Under the pieces are notes generated by a model. The model was not told the DNA's origin. It saw only the letters and a list, made by a program, of their open reading frames with translations, and ran no database searches. Source: Camelus ferus (lineage: Eukaryota). Taken from it: DNA of 64,000 nucleotides. The stretch's first letter is position 1. The number at the start of each line of letters is the position of its first letter. Shown piece after piece: positions 59,291 to 64,000 of this stretch. The position numbers and the translations under genes are program-made. The stretch is from NCBI RefSeq assembly GCF_009834535.1, contig NC_045709.1, forward strand, positions 29,822,001-29,886,000, in the 5' to 3' direction.

Positions 59291-62200
59291 CTGTTTTTCT
59301 TCAACCTCCTTTTTAAAAATAATCTTTATTTAAAATAGCTATCATCAACATTGTGAGGATTCATTATATTCATCTTTTTTCTTATATAGTCTTTGAACTA
59401 AATCATTGGTGGTTAGCTTTGAAAATAAAGTATAATACGATATTTTCAACACTATTCCTGGTACCATGCCAGATATTATACTTAATACTTGCACGAGCAG
59501 AGTGCAAGTTCAAGATCAGAAGATTTTCAGAATGTGAATGTTACCACGGTGTGTATACTTAATGAGTGTTATCTTTGACATCCCTTTCTCCAGTGCATAT
59601 GTGTACACACGTGCGCACACACACACACACACATTCTATATGTGGCAGCGTAGGTAGGATAAAGCAAGTAGAGAAGTTTCAGGTATTTCAGTGACTAAAT
59701 ATGCAAAACATATTGGCCTGATTTGTTAATCAGCTCGTGGTTAATAAGATGGGTGAAAGGAGCAGTTATGAGGGCCGCAGCCAGTTCAGCAGAAGCGTGT
59801 GTTTGTCCTCGGGTCCTTACCGGGGAAAATGCAGAGCTGGGAACTGCAGATGCCTTAAGACCTGAGCCTGTTCAGTTCTTAAGTCACGGAGGCAAAGCAC
59901 ATGCGGAGTCTGAGGTGTTGGTAGTCACACTCTCCTTCCCTTGGGAAGGTTCACTTGGCCCCATAGTGGGGGGAGTCAGGTGGGTTTTCTGAGATTAACT
60001 TTTAGACAAGATGGAGTTTTCTAGGAAGATGCATATTAGTCCTTAGAATCTGAGTTAAATAAATTTCAAAATGCTTATGTATACTTTTATCTTACCACTT
60101 TGCCATTGTGGGGTGCGTGCCTTGGGATGTTGTAAACAGTCCTAAAAATCATGTCTTGGTGGGCAGTGTCCAGAGCAGCTGCGTGCACACTGAATCAAGC
60201 TCACACGGTAGCTTTGCTGTCTGTAAACTTGGATGTAAAAATGGTTTTATGTCTATGTTTATGTCTATATCTTCATCTAGCCGAAAGAGAAGAGTCACAC
60301 ATTGGTAAAGAGATATTAAAGCACTAATGCTGGGTGTTTTCTATTATGATCTGTGAGATAAACAAAATCTATGCAAAATGGAAGCTTTTTGTTAAGGCGC
60401 TAAGCGTGCGCAAGGGGAACATTTTGGTTCATATTCAGGTAGAGCTCATTGTCATTGTTTTATTTAATATTATTCAGTGAATGGTACATGCTAACTGTGC
60501 AGGCAATTAAAATTCGTAATCATAATATGAGATGCTCTTGCTTTACCTAAATTTGTATTATAAGTGTGGTTAGCACTGGATATAGTTCATGTAATTTGCA
60601 GGCTCAGGGAACATCTGTTATAAAAGTTTCTCCTGTGGAAGGCATTTATCACTGTCCACCTCATCTCTAGTTATCCTAGGTTATTAAATGTGCTGGTAAT
60701 CATAAAATTTAAACCATTGTAATTTATGTTTATGCTGTTCTAAGTTTTGAGGAAATTATATTTTAGAATGTTTATAATTATTTCATTATATACTGTCCAG
60801 GAATAGCGTATAGCATCATGTGTGATTTCAGAATGAGACACTAGAATTTCTTCAATAACTGGAAGGCACTAGGCTCTGCTACTTTGGGTTTATTGTTCCA
60901 GATGTGGGTTAAGTAACAGGTGGCATTAACATGTTTATTGTTTGATAGCCCAGCTATCATGTACCACATGCCTCCTTAATGCTGCTGTCTTTACTAATCA
61001 GAATGTGCTGGCATACTGTAGTCATGTGACCTCAGATCTTAATAACTTGTGATACAGGTTTATTTTTCACATACGTTATGTCTTCACTACCAGTTGGCTT
61101 AAGCTCTGCCCCACGTCACCTTCACTCCGGGACTCAAGCCCACTGAACATCATCTCTTTAGAAAACTGCTGATAAGGGAAGAGAGAAAGAGAGTTGTGAA
61201 TACATTTGTGTTGTCTCTCAAATGTTCTTCTTGGAGGGGACACATTCCTTCTGCCCACACTTAATTGGCAAAACAAGTGACAGTGGTGTGCTAAGCCTGA
61301 CGCTACTGGTGCCAGAGCAGGAGAGCAGTAAATATTTGTGAACAATCCTGCAGTCTGCCAGCATATCACAGGATGATATTAGAGTCACATGTATTTCAGT
61401 GATCGATTCTCACTGTTCCTTATACTTGTTTTGTTTACATATTTTTCCAGAATCTAATATAAACTAAAAAACGGAAAACAAGCAACAAACATTCCAGATT
61501 GTTTTCTCATCCAAAATCAATGTCCTAAATTCTATTTACCTTAATCAGAGTATTTAAAAAATCAATAGCTCAGATTTTAATGGACTAGTAATTTTTGCCT
61601 GATTATTTGCTATAATTGTTTTATATTGATCACATTATCTAGAAGGAAGAGGCCTCAGATCGTTCAGAACACACACGCGCGCACACGCACACGCGCGCAC
61701 ACACGCAGGCAACATCAGAGAAGTTGCTGTGACTTAGAGGTTTTTCTTAGCAAGTTATGTTTCGCTATGTGGGTAGGGGAAAAAATCACTGAACTGCCCC
61801 AATAATGCTGGTAGGTTCTTCAACAATTTCTTACTGTTTTTATGGCCACAGCCTTTTCAGAGTAATTAGCTCATCAAATATCTGTGTAGTAGTGCCTCCC
61901 CTAGGAGAAAAAATAATGAATCTATCCTACAAAAATGTCCTTAAAAATGAGTGATTCTGGACTTTTTGGGAGAAAGATTTTGTTGGGAATGTTCGACCTC
62001 TCTGCTACTCTTTAATTAGGGTGTCAGGAAACAGTTTTTATTTACCAATGTATCAGGATTTAGCTGAAAGTCATCCTGTTATTGAAAGTTCAAGGTATTT
62101 TTGTGCTATAGTTATGAATATAGGAATTATTTATTTTGAAATTAATTTTAGTTCAAGTATTTTTCCTCTAGCAGTCTTATTTTAGTATGCCTAACATTTT

Positions 62201-63269
62201 TCCCCATTTTTTTGTGGAATCATATATAAAAATACAGTTGAAATTAAAAGATTATTTAACCTGATACATATTTAACGGTTCTGGTTTTACAACTATAAGA
62301 GGTTTATTCTGTCATTTCCAGAGTCATCAATTCCTTTGTCAGGCATTGAGAATTTATTTTTCCTTTTTATAGACTTTCTAAAATATCTGATAACCAAAAC
62401 ACAGAGGGTTATCATTATACGTGTGATGTGGTTTTCTCTATGCAATGTACCACATACAGCATCTTCTTCTAGCTGAAGATAATTATTTTTTAAAGCAACT
62501 AAGGAACAAGAAATAGGGAAGCATTGACACAAATAGACAGTAGTGAATTCAGAATGCATAGTAAATGTTCAAATTAGAGACACTGTTTCCATGCCCAATT
62601 ACCTAATTTGTAATTGCAACTATTCAATGCACTTGATTCTTCTCTTCAACTTCTTCCTTTCCCTCCCCCTAACTTTCCCTCCCAGTTTTTGTATGACAGC
62701 TTGGTAGTAAACCCAGAATGCTTAGCTATTTCCTCCCCAAACCATCCCACCTTCCAAAGCCCAGTTTCAAGGATATATGCTATAAAGATACTTTCCATAT
62801 GATACTAAAATCTTTAGAACCTCATTTTCTTCTTAAAGGTTTTAGATGTGAATAACTGTCAACCATAGCAGAAAATGATTTCTGTGCTCAGAGACAGCTG
62901 AAGGACAAATGGTATGTGTGTGTGTTTGTGAGACAGAGACGCAGAGCACACTAGTGCTAGCATTTATAAGATGCTACAGAGAGAGAGGGCATAAAGAATA
63001 AGGAAGAGTGTAGGGAGAGTGGTCCTGGAGAAATAAATCCTTACTTAGAAATGATTATTTAAAGCTAATACCATGTTAGTGCCTAAAATCTGGATGATCA
63101 CATTAAAGACATATTCAAACTTTTTTTTTTTTAGGTGTATGTGACTGCTGTGGAGTGTGGGAGTGTTAAACATTAATACTGTTTTCAGTATTCAAACCAG
63201 TGAATACTAAAGCATGTGTTGGTCCGCTCAGTCATGTCCTACAGGTCCCTTAGGCTCTGTTAACTCTTG

Positions 63270-63905
63270 GTCAGTCTTTTTGTTTCTGTTTCTCAGACTC
63301 AGTTGGTAGTTTCCATTGTCCCATCCTCAAGCACATCAGTTCTTTCTTCTGCCTGCTCGCATCTCCCTTTGAGTCCCTCTAGTGAATGTTGCACTTGTTA
63401 CTGCACTTTTCAGTCCCAGAACTTATTTTGGTTTCTTTTTAGATTTTCTTCTTACTGATATTTCCATCTTGTTCATTCATCATTTCCTTGACTCCCTCCA
63501 CATCTTCTTTTAGTTTGTAGAGCATCTTCAAGACAGTTTTTTTTTTTTTTTTAATTTGTCCACTAGATCCACCATCAGATCTTTTTCAGGGACAGTTTGT
63601 CTTGGTTTATTTTTACCTTTGAATTGGCCATACTGTCCTGTTTCTTCGTATGCCTTGTGACTTTTTTGTTGTTGTTGAAACATTTGAATGTACTAATGTG
63701 ATAAGTCTGGAAATCACGTTCTCCCCCTCCCCTAGGGTTTGCTATTTTTACTTTTTGTTGTTTTTTGTTTTTATTTTTGTTTTTGTTTTCTGATTGTTGT
63801 AGGCTGTCTCTGTGCTGAGTATCAGCCTGAAGTGTAAACTAGGTTCTTCTGAGGTCTTTCCTCTGCCTCCTTCCCCTGGACGTGCAAAGTGATGTTCTAA
63901 TTTTC
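63270..63905 (-). mobile_element. Ancient L1M 5'/ORF1-region fragment
   Basis: tgaattggccatactgtcctgtttcttcgtatgccttgtg...ctggaaatcacgttctccccctcccctagggtttgc. Confidence 0.7.
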
Positions 63906-63910
63906 CTATT

Positions 63911-64000
63911 CAGATCTCCCTCACCGTACAATGGGGTTACATCCTGATAAACCCACTGTAAGTTGAAAAGACATTCAAGACACCTAACTTACCGAACATC
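63911..64000 (+). mobile_element. Tigger3 (GOLEM)-like 5' end, cut by the window edge
   Basis: acaatggggttacatcctgataaacccactgtaagttgaaa...acacctaacttaccgaacatc. Confidence 0.85.

Overview
Mammalian genomic DNA, AT-rich and repeat-dense. It is very likely camelid (alpaca/camel), inferred from tRNA-Ala-derived SINEs and an artiodactyl-type L1 3' end. I find no intact, recognisable protein-coding gene: the supplied ORFs are explained by repeats, low complexity, GC-rich CpG-island sequence or N runs. The main unique feature is a CpG island at about 9.0-9.83 kb. It carries a perfect NRF1 palindrome, GC boxes, a 10-bp-phased CGCG array and outward-facing splice donors on both strands, so it looks like a bidirectional promoter with no identifiable coding gene attached. 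Manual translation across stops and frameshifts reveals decayed hAT transposase sequence that the ORF track misses: a Tip100/ZMYM1-like copy at about 22.3-24.75 kb split by an ERV1 LTR, a Charlie-like copy at about 12.2-13.25 kb, and a weaker hAT C-terminal remnant at about 4.3-4.9 kb. Splice-bounded, stop-containing segments downstream of the island may be a lncRNA or a decayed gene, but this is low confidence. The rest is L1, L2, MIR, LTR (ERV1, ERVL, MaLR), MER/Tigger DNA transposons and microsatellites. All family names and protein similarities come from remembered consensus sequences, not database searches. I see no demonstrable new biological system; the orphan promoter and the transposase fossils are the best leads.
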